Source: Gracilinanus agilis
Lineage: Eukaryota
Assembly: GCF_016433145.1 (NCBI RefSeq)
Contig: NC_058130.1
Location: forward strand, 728,828,827 to 728,892,826
Length of the DNA stretch: 64,000 nucleotides
Reading direction: 5' to 3'
This document shows, in pieces, positions 35,652 to 49,240 of the stretch. The position numbers and the translations under genes were made by a program. Numbering within the stretch: the stretch's first letter is position 1; every line of letters starts with the position of its first letter. The notes under the pieces were generated by a model, which saw only the letters and a list, made by a program, of their open reading frames with translations, ran no database searches and had not been told where the DNA came from.

Positions 35652-36417
35652 AAAAATATACCTACAAAACTCCTCCTACTCCCAAACTTCACCTCAAAGG
35701 AAAGGTACCTGAGGTATTGGGGATTAGGAAGGAAAGGGATGAAGAGGAATGGTTATCACTTTAATCATTCAGAGATCAATATAAAAGAGGGAAAAAACCC
35801 CAGGAAGTTTCTGTGTTGGATCTAGAGAAAGATCACTACTTCTAAATTGAGTGTTGCCTTCTTTGGAAAAATGTAGACAGTAATATTGAAAGGCATGCTC
35901 TCGTTATAGGAGGGCCTGGGAGTCCTGTTGCAGAAAGTTAAAATCAATGGTAAATGGAAAGGCAGAGAAGGGAGCAGCATATTCAGATTTGTTACTCTGG
36001 TGCCTTTCATTAGCCTGGGACGGTTGGCAAAACACATTTTTACAAGAAAATGAATAGAGCACTGTTTCCCATAGAAGCACTTCTGCCAACCAAAAGGAAC
36101 TTTACTAGGCGGGACTAAACATGACTAGGTCAGACATACTGCCAACAATTCTGAACACCTCACAAAGGAGGGGGAGACAGATATCAAGTGGCAGAACAGT
36201 CCACAGAAAGAGCTAGGAAGAGATTTTTGGGAGTTGACTGAATTCCTAGTATGAATTCCAGAGATGAACAGTCTTTCTATAGGTAAAGGGAGGGTTTCAG
36301 GGTCACTGATTACAGTAGCTAAAAAGCTTATTTATAATTCAAAAAGCAGCTGCAGAGACCACCTGCTACACTGTTCTACAAGTCTGGTTAGCCTGAGAGA
36401 GCCCCCCAATCACATAC

Positions 36418-36527
36418 CTTTGTAGCCTGGACGACCAATTTTCACAAACTTCTTCACTTCTACTTTGACTTTCTCTGGTGCTGGCTGGGCTGGAGCTTCC
36501 TTGGCCTCTTTTGCTGCTCTTCGAGCC
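36418..36527 (-). CDS. SF3A2: SF3A2 coding exon 4 (110 nt)
   Basis: ARRAAKEAKEAPAQPAPEKVKVEVKKFVKIGRPGYK. Confidence 0.98.
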
Positions 36528-37484
36528 CTACAGTCAGTCAAGTCAAATGTCAGTGTTTCCCTGTGTCTCTGAGTAGTCTGAAGGGGGAATCCTTATTGGG
36601 CTAGGTGTCAAGAGGCTCAGGTTCTAGTCTGTCTCTGTCCCTGATTTCCTTGCTTGGAGATCTCCCAGCTCATTCTAGAGCACCTTTTTTTTCACCTCAT
36701 CTGGACACTGGAATAATAAACCTTGCTTTGTCTATTCGAAAAGAGTGTGGTGAGGATGGAATGAGAAAAAAAGGATTGAATGAGAGAGAGAGAAAGAAGT
36801 TCAGAGGTCATCTAGCCCCAAATTCTTCATTTTCAGATAAGGAGATTCTAAAGAGATTCAATAACTTGCTCAAGTAATAGAGCAGGATATGAGCCCCAGT
36901 TCTCTGGCTTTCCCATTCAGCTTTCTTCCCATGCTACAAAGAGATGGGAAAGAGCTCAAGTATAATCTTTACTTCCATAAAGGCTTGCCACACTCACTCA
37001 TATTTATGGGGCAGCTAGCGAAATGGGGTAGCTTTGGAAATCCTGTGAGGGAGGCATTATATGCTAGGAGGTCTATGATCACAAAGTTATTAAGTGGCAA
37101 GGCCATGATGCAAACCAGTATCTTCTAACCCCAAAGCCCATCTTATTTCCAAATTGGTTGCCTCTCAGACATATATTTCTCCTTTTTCACCCTAGAATCT
37201 TAAGTTTTGATAGTCAAAATTGACCCCAAGACTGTGGCAGCTCTGAACTCTGGGATCTACAGGCTCTACAGGCTCTACAAACTGAAGAGATTCAACAAAG
37301 GTCTGTGGATTCATGGACAGATTGGGTAGAGTGACAAAGCTTTTTATAACCTGAATGATGACCTAAGATGCCTTCAAGCAACTTTTTGACATATACCTCA
37401 AAGCAGTGGTTCTCAAACTTTTTGTAGAAGTAGAAGCACTTTAAACAAAATTCAAGGGAACTCTTGGATCCATGGATGTCCCTT

Positions 37485-38335
37485 TGAGGCTCTGTCCTGG
37501 GCCCTCATCCACTTTCCCTCTCTACTACTTCATTTGGTGATCTCAAATCTTATGGATTAAATGATCAGCTCTATGAAGATGATTCTCAGATCTCTTACCA
37601 AAGCTAACGTCTACCCTAACTTCCTGCCTCATTCTGAAACTGCCTCTTAGACATCTTGAACAAGATATTACAGACACTTCAAACTCAATGTGTTTAAAAC
37701 TGAACTCATTTATCTTCCCCCCTCCCACCCCAAACCATATCTTCCTTCTTATCCCTTATTCTGTCAAGGGTACCATCACTGTCCAAGTCACTCCAGCTTC
37801 CAATTAGGTGTTGTCTTTAACTCTTTACTGCCTCAAACCCCTACAGGTAATCTGTTGTCAAGACCTTTTAATTTTACCTTTGCAATATCTCTCATGAACC
37901 TTCCCTTTTCTCCTCTGACACTGATGTCATTCTAATGCAGACCCTCATCACCTCATACCTGGACTATTGTAATAGCCTGCTAAGTGGACTCCTGCACAGG
38001 ACATTTCTGAATCTCTGCATTTTCACTAGTTGTCCTCCACATCCAGAATTCTCTATGTCTTCATCTTTGCCTCCAGAGTTCTCCACTTCCTTCATGTCTC
38101 AACTATAATCACACCTTTTGCTTAAATTCTTTCCTGGACCCACTTAATGCTACTGCCTTCCCATTAAGATTATCTCCAGTTTACCCTGTACATATCTTGT
38201 TTGGATATAGTTGTTTGACTACTGTTCCTCATAAGAATGTGAGCTCCTTGAAGCCTGGGACTGTTTTGTCTTTCTTGGTACTCCCTGCACTTTATCACAG
38301 TGCCTGGCACTTAACAAATGCTTGCTGACGAGGAC
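37485..38335 (+). mobile_element. LINE-2 3' fragment
   Basis: 'ctctatgaagatgattctcagatc' (LYEDDSQI, degenerate YADD) and L2 tail 'acagtgcctggcacttaacaaatgcttg'. Confidence 0.75.
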
Positions 38336-38802
38336 CTTTTAAGATTATTTTTAAATGCTCATTACTATAACTTTGGTACTGTTATACTAAATAACATAAA
38401 ACCATTAATATTTAAAATTTTAAGCACTAGCCTTAGAAAAAAAATGCACCAAAACAATACAAACTATTTTCATCTTATTTTTTTCCAGAGTTAGACAAAT
38501 TATAAGAAACTTTGTGAAAAGGATGTGACTAATAACATCAGTAAGTATTTTTTAACTGCAAATAACACTGCATGTACTAATTCATCTTTTAAGATGATTC
38601 ACAACAATTTTCATTTCCCCTTTAACCATCATTATGGTTTGGCTTAGTTCATCAGTTCCACTTTTTAAAACAGTTGTTTTTGAAGTGGCTGTTTTACTTA
38701 TAAATTCCTTTGTAATTTTGCTAGAATCATACGGCTTTGAAAAAAACTTGGCTACATAACACATCAAGAACAACCTGATATAAGTATTAAAAAGTAAATT
38801 TA

Positions 38803-39185
38803 GGGGGGCAGCTGGGTAACTCAGTGGATTGAGAGTCAGGCCTAGAGAAAGGAGGTTCTAGGTTCAAATCTGGCCTCAGACACTTCCCAGCTGTGTGACC
38901 CTAGGCAAGTCAATTGACCCCCATTGCCCACCCTATCACTCTTCCACCTATGAGACAATACACCGAAAGTTAAGGGTTTAAAAAAAAAAAAAAAAGTAAA
39001 TTTAGGGGCAGCTAAGTTGCTCAATAGATATAGTCAGGCCTGCTGGGCTCAAATCTGGCTTTGGATACTTCCCAGCTTTGTGGCCCTGGACAAAACACTT
39101 AATGCTAGCCCTTTCTGCTCTTCTACCTTGAAACTGCCACTATCAATTCTAAGAAAGAAGGTAAGAATTTAAAAAAAAGAAAGAA
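38803..39185 (+). mobile_element. Head-to-tail SINE pair: young SINE (38803-38990) inserted at the head of an older SINE (39005-39185)
   Basis: 18-bp duplication AAAAAGTAAATTTAGGGG at 38789-38806 and 38991-39008. Confidence 0.88.
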
Positions 39186-40968
39186 ACTTTTTTCTGCTGA
39201 CTTCCTTTTCCATTCTTTCATATCTAAGTTTATCCTATACTTCTCTGAATTCTTAAGGCACAGAAATATTTCACCATTCCCATCATATAGTTTGTTCAGG
39301 GCACTTCCTCAATTTCCATTTCGGTGCTACCATGCAAAGTGCTGCACTGCACAAAAAGGATGATCTACTAGCTAACTACACTGTCGTGTGTGGGTGTGTT
39401 GGAAAACCATTCTAGTATAAGGAACATGACTAGGACAGATATAGAAGAGAAATGGAGGAAGACGTGGAAACTGAAGAAGTGACAGAAGCAGAAGTAGGAA
39501 AACAATAGGTACAAGCCTGACAAGAACATACATGGAAAGAACACAACAGAATTCTGTGCAAGTGTTAACAGTCAAGTTGGACTATAAAGCAGAATCATGT
39601 GAAAATGCCTCCTCCCCTGCTCCCTGGTAGAAGACACAATAAGAACTGAACCCTGCACAACGTCAGATGACTTTTTCCTTATATGTGGCTTAGTTTTGCT
39701 CAATTTTTTTCTTCCTCTTTTTTTCCTTCTTTATTTTAAGAGACAGCTTAAAATACCCCAGAAGATGGGGTAAGGAAAGAAGGGATACTTTGAGAAATGT
39801 AGGAGATATAAAACCAAAATGTATCAATAAGAATTTAATAATAAATAAATAAATAAATGAAGTATAAACCTAAATCAGAGACAGTTAATGTTGCTTTTTG
39901 TTTCACTGCCAGATAATTAACATTTTTGTTTTTTTATGACTCTTTGATTAACCTCATTTCCCCATATTATCTATAATGACTATTGGTGCAAAAAAAATCT
40001 TTTTATAATACAAAATTAGCACACGACACTAAGATAGCCACTTCATTATTTTACACATATATTTTATTGGGCTAATTTGTCTGACATGAAATATTATTGG
40101 GGGCAAATATCAATTGCTTCAAGAGCAGGAATCAACAAACTACTGCTCAAGGGCAATTTTTCAATGAGTCAAAAAAGGTTTTTATATTTTTAATTAAAAT
40201 AAAACTATTTAAAAATTTAAAAATCATTCTTAGGAGTCTTATAGTTTCCTGGCTCATTCTAAACCAATAAGACATCTTATTAGTCACAAGACCAACTGAG
40301 TCTTATTTCCAACTAACTTTCATTTTTCTTCCGAGGGTACAGTTTTTAAGGCAATCCTTCCATTTTTAAAAACCCTTACTTTCTGTCTCAGTAATGACCC
40401 AATGACAGAAGGGCAAGAGATAGAAAATTGTGATGAAGTGACTTGTCCAAGCATACACAGCTGGAAAACTATTAAATAGTGTTTGAGGCCAATCTTGAAC
40501 CCAAGTCCTCCTGACTCCAGGCCTGGTGCTCTATCCACTGTGCCACCTAGCTGCCCCCTCCCCCCATTGTTTTTACATTGAATGACCTATGTATGCTTAT
40601 CTGTAGCTATTTTCATATAACCCCATAAATGCTTCAACTCTTAAATAAAATATTGTCTTAAATAAAAGCAGTGTGATTCATATCAGCATTGTGAATCCTA
40701 AATAATTGAATTAAAGGGATGAGATGCTATAGTCAGCCAGTCAACAAAGTGCCAACACTATACTGAAGCCCTGGGAATACAAAAAGAAGCCAAAGACAGT
40801 CCCTGCCCTCAAGGAGTTTACAATCTTATGGGTAAAACAACTAGCAAACAAATATATATTCTAAACAAGCTATGTCCAGGCTAAGAACAAGTGACCATTC
40901 AACCTCAAATCCTTAAAGGTTGTTATTTGTTCACAAATTCAGAAATGACTGTTTGTTTAAATACTTAC

Positions 40969-41015
40969 AAATTTGTTTGATGTTTTTTCCCCTGAGTATG
41001 CGCTAAGTAGCTTCC
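40969..41015 (-). CDS. SF3A2: SF3A2 coding exon 3 (47 nt)
   Basis: GSYLAHTQGKKHQTN(L); completes the U1C/matrin-type C2H2 zinc finger. Confidence 0.97.
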
Positions 41016-42375
41016 CTAGGGGGAAAATACACAAATACACAAAATAAATTAGGGTAAGTTAAATTATAAGAAGTCTTACAGAATCAAAATTCAAGAGAAT
41101 GAGACCTTAGTAATTATGTAGTTTAACTGCTACCCCAAGAGTGAATCCTGTTTACAACAGGCCTAGAAAAGTTACTAAGCCTCTGCTGAAAGATCTCCAG
41201 TGACAAGTAGACTCTCTCTTTCCTAAGGCAATCCATTTTCTTATTGAAGAGTCCTAATTGTTAAGATAAATTTCTTATAATGGGCTGAAATTTATTTCCC
41301 TTTTAAATTTCACTCACCAGGAATACTAAGGTCTGCCCTCCAAGGCCCAACTGAACAAAATTAATTCTTTTCACTTGACAACTTTTTTAATATTTAAAGA
41401 CTACACACATCCCCATCCCTTCCCCCAAATATATACATTTCCTCTAGCTAGGGTCCTTCAATTCCTTTAATATACTCTATCTACCTGTTGTTGGGTACAC
41501 TTCCTCCTAATTCTGGATGCCCTCCTCTGTTCCACCTGGTCCCTACCTGGAGCAGGATACAATATCAGTTAGGCTCTAGAGAGGGCAGAGTCCCATATGA
41601 CTATCATTCATGATACTAAATTGATATGAATAGTTTCGAATCCCATCAGTTTTTTTTTGGTGCCAAAACAAATCGCTGAGTTTTATTAAAATTTCAGTTC
41701 ACTAAAACTCCAGGTCTTTTTCACATGATATTATTGAGTCACATCTGCTATCCTTTACTTGTACAAATGATTTTCTGAACCAAAGTATAGGACTTTATAT
41801 TTAACCCCATTATATTTCATTTTATTAGCTTCACCCTATTAATTTAGCCTGCTGAGTTTATTCTGGATGCCAACTGTACTGACAAATCAATTTGTTTTTT
41901 TAAAAGGAAGACTTTGATTTTCCCTTTACAGCTAAATGGGTCTAACAGGAGGGAGGAACAGTTTTTATTTATTTCACCTCATATTTTGCAGGCTTCTAAA
42001 GGACCATTGATCAATTCATAAACACTGGCTAACTACTTTTAGTTAATGTTGAAAATGTGACTCACACTCTTGAACATTGTGCAAACTAGCTGTAGGATAC
42101 TTGATCTAGTTTCATCAACCAAAAAGGAATCAGGGAGATAATGTCTTTACATGTAGCCCTTAAGGAATGTTTGCTGCCCAGGTCTCAACTCACTATGCAG
42201 GCAGACCCAAGTATTCAACAGCTAGCTTCTCATCACCCTCCAAGAATTCTTGCTCACTTCTGGTCATAAAAACCCCCCAAAAGGTCAAAGGCAACATGAC
42301 TAAAAGAACTATTATCCTCAATTTACAGAATTGGAAATGATCAAATTCAAAATACAAAGCCAAAATATAACTCAC

Positions 42376-42447
42376 CTCATTGTTGTGAAGTGTTAAGCAG
42401 AGTTTGCATTCATAAGAACCCAAATGATTCTTCATAAAATATGGATC
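42376..42447 (-). CDS. SF3A2: SF3A2 coding exon 2 (72 nt)
   Basis: DPYFMKNHLGSYECKLCLTLHNNE; donor GAG|GTGAGT. Confidence 0.98.
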
Positions 42448-43613
42448 CTAGAATAAAAATATAATCATGTCAACGAAATGAAAACCATAGACATGGCAAC
42501 ATGTTTGATATACCAGAAGGGTTTTTTTAATGGCAAATAAAACAGTAGCCTGTGACCAAAAGAGGCTGGTTTTTCTTGGTCTTACTATTGCTTTACTCAT
42601 CTTTCTGCCTGAAATAACCTAATATAATGAAAACTATAGGAAGAATCCTTCTTTGACTAGGCACTCAAAATGAAGATTCATTATGCTATTTCTTTGGATG
42701 TGTGTGCTATCTCTTAATAAAATCATTGGCTACACACAAGTTTTATTTAAACATTTATTATTTGGGTACATGAAACTTTGTTAAGTGCCAAGGTCAAAAA
42801 GACAAAAACAACAACCAGTTCCTATTCTCAAAGACCTTACATTTGAGGAAGGAGAAAGTAGCTCATTCTATTAAGGGAAAGTAAAGATATTAAACTTGAC
42901 TGTTAGGTTAATTATCATTTTATAGATTGCTATTCTCTAGAAGAGAAAGAGGGATTAGGAAACATGCTTTCCCAAAAAAAGATGTCAAAGAATTATAGAT
43001 TTTGAAACTGAAGAAGATATTATTTTATATTATTTCTTCCACTTTTTGAGATAAGGTGATCAAAACTTGCCCCCATTCACACTGCAGGACCTAAGTAACC
43101 CAAAGTCTCCCAAGAACACAATAGGCCATGTCAATGGCAGACACTGAAAAGTACAGTAAAATAGAATGAATATAGAGAAGAAATTGGCATGTGCCATTGC
43201 TTAAGTTGCCATGAATTTAAAATTTAATTCTGATACCCTTGACTTCAATTTTGTATTGGCATTTTGGTAGAACTTATATTTCATTATTAAAAGGCTTAGG
43301 ATGTTGCCTGTTCTGTTTCTAACCTTTATTTTAATTCAATCGCTGAAATTCAGTCATACAATTTTAGGGGTAAGAAGAAAACTTTAGTTTTCTTTTCCAA
43401 GTCAAGTGAAAAAGCTGGAATTAGAACTTGAATTTCTTGACTTCTAGTCCTTCTATTGTAACATGGTGCTTCTCAAAATGAAAAGAGTACAAAGGAAGGA
43501 TTGGTGGGGAGGGGAGAAGGAACTCAAACTCACAAATATGAAATACTATATCAAACTCTTAAAACTGAGGCAGCCAACAGGTTTCCTTTAACTAAGAAAA
43601 ATCTGAATTTTAC

Positions 43614-43739
43614 CTTGTTGATATCAATAGTTTCAAGAGCCAGTTGTCGGAGGCGTTCCCTTCTATCACGGTTGCTCTCTGAGGATGAAGCCACCCCACC
43701 ACTCCCAGTCTTGCCCCCAGGTCGATGTTGAAAATCCAT
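43614..43739 (-). CDS. SF3A2: SF3A2 (SF3a66/SAP62) first coding exon; 8 coding exons total 1686 nt, 561 aa
   Basis: MDFQHRPGGKTGSGGVASSSESNRDRRERLRQLALETIDINK; donor AAG|GTAAAA. The exon starts at acceptor 43780, giving 41 nt of 5'UTR. Confidence 0.98.
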
Positions 43740-44257
43740 GATGATGGTTTTTGTACTTCAGTATACTCAAAAAAGAAAATCTGAAAAATGAGACGGGAAG
43801 AATGAGAGGCAAGTTTAACCAGGACAAAAGCTTTGAACTTCAGAAATTTGACAATTACTCCCCATACTTGTTTTGGATCCAACATATAAATACAACATAA
43901 TACTCTGAATGGCAAGTGTTAATCACCCCAGGAAACATAACTCTGTTCATAAACAGCTTCTCTCATTCTAACCTGTCTGTCATCTTCCATTCCAGATAAT
44001 ATGACCACCTCTCTTCCCTGATTCAAATTCTCTAAAGAGCCCCCAATATTGTCCTCTCAACATTAGGTTTAAACTTAGGAAGTTGATGGAAATATTCACC
44101 CACAAATCCTACTTCCTCTGTGAAGTCTATCCTCATTCCTTCCTCTGAATTCTGGTACCACTTTTTTGTACATGGTAATTCCATCTATGGTCTTAGCTAA
44201 GTCTCGCCTCTTCCATACTTCTATTCCATTAGGTAGAGAAGTGAAATTATCTCTCTT

Positions 44258-44454
44258 TAAAAAACTCTTATTTTCTGTCTTAGAATCAATGCTAAATATT
44301 GGTTTCAAGGCAGAAGAGCAGTAAGAGGTAGACAATGGGGGTTAAGTGACTTGCCCAGGGTCACACAACTAGAAGCATCTTAGGCCAGATTTGAAACCAG
44401 GACCTCGTGTCTCCAGGGTTGGCTCTCTATCCATTGAGATTCCTAGCTGCCCCC
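44258..44454 (-). mobile_element. Marsupial CORE-SINE (antisense to the + copies)
   Basis: Reverse complement of head/core/tail. Confidence 0.85.
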
Positions 44455-44924
44455 AAACTGTCTTTTTATATGCCCTCCACTCCTCTTTAGAAAGGTCATG
44501 TTTTGCATAGTCTGACCTCCCTCTCATCTAGCCCATATGCTGCTAAATTCAGTTCAAATATTTATTAAATGCTTACTGTGTGCTCTGGATACAAAACCAC
44601 AACACTGTACTTGATCTCAAGGAGCTGACTTTCTTGGTAAGGGATGGAGAATAAATATGTACATGCATTTACTTATCTGATTTAAGAAAGGGAAACGCTT
44701 TCTATTAACTGGGGGTAAGGGAGTGGTGGCAAAGGAAAGAAAGAAGGGAACAGTCCACAGAGGAAGGCATACCTGTATCTTGAAGGAATACACAGTTTCT
44801 GAGGAATAGTTTTATAAAAGTGCATTCCAGGCAGAAATGGTGATAGCTAGAATTTATAGTGTTTTAAGGTATGAGAATAAATTTGACATAGGTTGATTCA
44901 TAACAACCCTGGGAGGAAAGTGTA

Positions 44925-44925
<1 letters not shown>

Positions 44926-44987
<62 letters not shown>
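44926..44987. repeat. (TTA)n microsatellite, ~20 units, inside a MIR-like element
   Basis: Direct observation. Confidence 0.95.
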
Positions 44988-44988
<1 letters not shown>

Positions 44989-45139
44989 CTATTTTACAAT
45001 TGAGGAAACAGAGGCACAAGAGTTTAAGTGACTTAACCACAATTACATAAGCTAAGTAGTGTCTGAGGTAGCATCTGAACTTCCAAGCCCTACACTCCAT
45101 CTATGGCACTACTTAAAATGACCTGCCTGACTGGAACCA

Positions 45140-46400
45140 AATGTATAAAGGAGAATAATATGATAATGAGGCTATACAAGGTTGCTTGGAAATAATTTAT
45201 GTGGGTATTTAAATGCCAGACTTTCTGTTTTATCCAGGAGACAAAGGAAAACCACTGAAGACTTTGAGCAAAGGAATGTCACAGTTCAGACCTGTGCCTT
45301 AGAAAGATGATTTCAGCAGTCATGCAAAAGACTGATGAGAAAGAAGTTTAGAAATGCAAGGAGAACAATTAGGAAGCTAGTCTTTTAGTCTAAGTAAAAA
45401 GTGAAGAGGAACTAACCTAAGATTAGGTGGTAAGGGAAGAGGGCTGATAGAACAAACAGGATGGAGATCACATCAACAAGTCTCGGCAACTGAAAGCATA
45501 AGGGGAAGAGAATAAGGGAGAAAGGAAAGTCAGAGGCAACTTGATAGCTGGTTAGAAAGATGGGAATTCCCTTAACAGAAAAAGTTCATGAGGCAGGATA
45601 GAAACAGATTTAGAGGGCAAGATGATTGATTCTATTTTAGAATTTTTGAATTTGAGTAATCAATAAGACACTTAAAGTGAAAATATTCAGCAGGCAGCTG
45701 GTATTGAGACAAAAAAATATATTCGTAAGTATAAGGGAGGGAGGAAGCATTAGCAGGTGAGGAAATTAGGAAAGGTTTAATGGTGCTTGAGCAGATTTTT
45801 TTTTTTAAAGGAAACTGGGGATTCCACAATGAGGTCAGGGGAGCTGATTAAAAAAAAAAAAAGAAATAAAACCATCAAGAAGAAAAATCTAAGCAATGAA
45901 GAAAAGTTACTGCCCAGGAGAGAATCCTGAGGGTCACTCAAGTTTTGAGGGGAGTTGGATGATTCAGCAAAGGAAAACAAGAAAGAAGTTACACAAGCAC
46001 AGAAAAATCTAGATAGGAAAATGTAAAAAAAGAAAAAAAAAGAATATCCACAAGAAGAGGATGGTCAACAGTATCAAAAGCAGTAGATAGGTCAAGTAGG
46101 ATGGGGACTTAGAAAAAGCTATTGGATTTAGCAGATGAGAGATAGCTGGTAACCTTGGACAGAGTAGTTTCAGTCAAGTGGTGGAATCAGAAGGCAGATT
46201 ACATACAACAGGCTGAGAAGTAAGTGGGAGGTGAGGAAGTAAAGGCAACAAGTCTAGATGGCCTTTTCTAAGAATTTGCCTGTGAATGGGTAAAAAGATA
46301 GAAGAGGATGGGAACAGGGTCAAGTGAAGGAGGAGACCTGGGCATGTTTCTACACAATAAGGAAGAAGCCAGTTGATAAGAGATTAGAGATGAGAGGAAC
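45140..46400 (-). mobile_element. Degraded LINE-2 sequence (antisense); similar tracts at ~52150-53440 and ~57700-59000
   Basis: Purine-rich L2-antisense-like text (gagatagctggtaaccttggacagagtagtttcagt...). Boundaries approximate. Confidence 0.5.
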
Positions 46401-47407
46401 ATGTCAGCTGTCAGACTGATCTGCCTAAAGTACAATTGTGACTGCTACAACTTCCCTCTTTCTGCCCCATTCAATCAACTCCAATTGTTCCCTACTGCTT
46501 CCAAGCCCAAATATGAAATCTTCTACTTGGTTTATAAGACCAACCCCTCCCACAACTGGCTCCTTCCAGTCTTTTCATCCTTCCCCCTCCCACCCCACCA
46601 ATCTCGTGAGCCTGGATTCAGGTCTGTTCCTCAAACAAGACATTCCATTTCTGGCTACAAGTGTTTTCACTGGTTGTTCCTCATGTCGGGACTGCTTTCC
46701 CTCCCCATCTCCTCGTTTCCTTGGCTTCCTTTGAGTCTTAATTATCAAGTCCTACCTCCTACAAGAAATCTTTCCCAATTCCCTTTTATTGCTATTCTAG
46801 TCTCTTTACTTTGTTGCTTACCTCTGATTTATCCTGTCTATTATCTTCTTTGCATGTTATTTCCTCCATTTGACTGTTAAGAGCAAAGTCTGTTTCTTGC
46901 CTTTCTTGGTATCCCCAGCACTTCAGCCAGTGTCTGGTACACAGCAGGTGCTTAATAAGTGCTCATTGACTAACATGTGCCATGTCATTTTACATGTCAA
47001 AATTGAAGTATCATCAGCCTCTCCACCTACCTTGAACTGTACAAGAATATGAGCTGTTCTGTAATTCCCCCAATAAGAACGAGGCCCCTAATGGCAAGGA
47101 CCATCTTGATTTTCTGTCTGTATCTCCAGTGCTCAACACAGAGCTTACTACTGACTTCTAATGAGTGAAGAGTAAGTTCTCAGCAGTGACACAAGAGGAT
47201 GGGAGCAAGGGCACAAGTAAAATGGCTAGCCTTTGTAAAGGAAATTACTATATCAGCCTCAGAGGCAGAAACAGAAAGAAAACAGGGAATGACTTAATGA
47301 GACCTTGAAATGTGGAAGAGAAATGGATGGCCTTGATTTTCTCAGAAAAGTAGAAGGTGTAGTCAGTCACTGACAGAGATGTAAGATGAGTGAGGTAAAG
47401 ACTAGAG

Positions 47408-47574
47408 GAGGGGTTGGCAACCTTTTTGGCCGTGAGAGCCATAAAGGCCACATTTTTTAAAATGTAATTTCGTGAGAGCCGTACAGTGCTCACAGTGCCG
47501 CTCCTGTAATAGCGCCTGAAAAAAAAATGGACTTTACGGCTCCTGCAGAAAGAGCCATACTTTGCCGACCCCTG
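47408..47574. mobile_element. hAT (Charlie-type) MITE, 167 bp
   Basis: TIRs GAGGGGTTGGCAAC and the reverse complement of CAGGGGTCGGCAAA. 8-bp TSD GACTAGAG / GGCTGGAG (6/8), fitting the CTAG-centred hAT target. CpGs retained. Confidence 0.8.
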
Positions 47575-47837
47575 GGCTGGAGGATGGAGAAATTTAGAAC
47601 AGCCAATGCATGGAGAATGAGCCAATCAGGAAAAAATAAAAGAAATGAATCAAAGGCTCATTTAAGTTTAGATGACATAGATTTGGTAGCTGGGGAAAGG
47701 AAGTTATGCCAAGGCGAAGAAGAGGAGTTTGCTGGAGAGGAGAAATGTTTGATTCAATTTAATAAATATTTATTAAATACCTACTATGTGTCAGGCACTG
47801 GTTAAATACTGAGGAGAAATTAAGAAAGTCAGTTCCT

Positions 47838-49240
47838 CAAAGGAATAGAGTAGGGGTAGTACAACCTCAGCAATCAAGTGTCTGAGAAACCCAAAGATCC
47901 CAGTTTTTGGAATAAGAATTCCCTATTTGACAAAAACTGCTGGGAAAAATGGAAAACAATATAGTAAAAAGTAGGCATAGATCAATATCTCACACCCTAT
48001 ATCAAGATAAGGTCAAAATGAGTTTATGGTTTAGACATAAAGAGTGATATTACAAGCAAATTAGGTGAACATAGAATAATTTACCTATCAGATCAATGGA
48101 AAGGCAAGAATTTGTGCCAAACAAGGATAGAGTACATTACAAGATATAAAATGAATAATTATATACACATAATAAATTTAAAAGGTTTTGTACAAACAAA
48201 ACTAATACAACTAAGATTAGAAGAGAAAGAACCGGGAAAACATTTTTATAACAAATTTCTCTGATAAAGGTCTCATTTCTCAAATAAAGAATGAAGTCAA
48301 ATTTATAAGAATCCAAGTCATTCCCCAAATGATAAATGGTCAAAGGATACAACTAAGAAGTTTTCAGATGAAGAAATCAAAGCTATCAATAACTATATAA
48401 AAAATGTTGTAAATCACTCTTGATTAGAGAAATGCAAATTAAAACAATTCTGAGGTACCACCTTACACCTATCAGACTAGCTACTATTACAGTTAAAGGA
48501 AAGTAATAAATGTTGGAAGGGAATGTGGCAAAATTGGGACACTAATGCATTGCTAGTAGAGCTGTGAACTGATCCAAACATCCTGGAGGGCAATTTGGAA
48601 TCATGCCCAAAGGACAATAAAACAAGGCATACATACCCTTAGATCCAGGAATACTACTACTAGGTTTGTATCCTGGAGAGATCATAAAAAAAGGGGAAAG
48701 GACTTGACTTACTTGTACAAAAATATTTATAGCTGCTCTTTTTGTGGTGGCAAAGGATTGGAAATTAAAGGGATAACCAATCGGGGAATGGCCGAACTAA
48801 CTGATGGTGACAGAATATTACTGTGTGGAATATGATGTAAGGAATGATGAAGAGGATGATTTCAGAAAGAGCTGGAAAGACCTTCATGGATTGAGGCAGA
48901 AATAAGTAGAACCAGGAAAACATTGTACACAGTAACAGCAGTATTGTGGAATGACCAGAGAAAGAATTGTTGGGAGTCAGAATGCAGATGAAAACATGCA
49001 ATTTTTCAATTGTTTATTTGGGTTTATGTTTTGGGGTTTTGGTTGTATAAGATTATTCACTTATAAAAATGAACAATATAGAAAAGTTATATGTGTTAAT
49101 AATGTATACCCCAGATTGAACTGCCTGCTAGCACTGGGAGAGGGAAAAGAAGGGAGGTAAGTTCAATCATATAACTTAGGAAAACTTGTGTGGAAATTTG
49201 TTATTTACATGTAATGGGCAAAAAAATAAAATAAAAATTA
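47838..49240 (+). mobile_element. 5'-truncated LINE-1 (1.4 kb) with 13-bp TSD, inserted in an L2 tail
   Basis: ORF2 C-terminal text (KPKDPSFWNKNSLFDKNCWEKWK), 3'UTR and A-rich tail. TSD AAAGTCAGTTCCT at 47825-47837 and 49241-49253. Confidence 0.92.
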
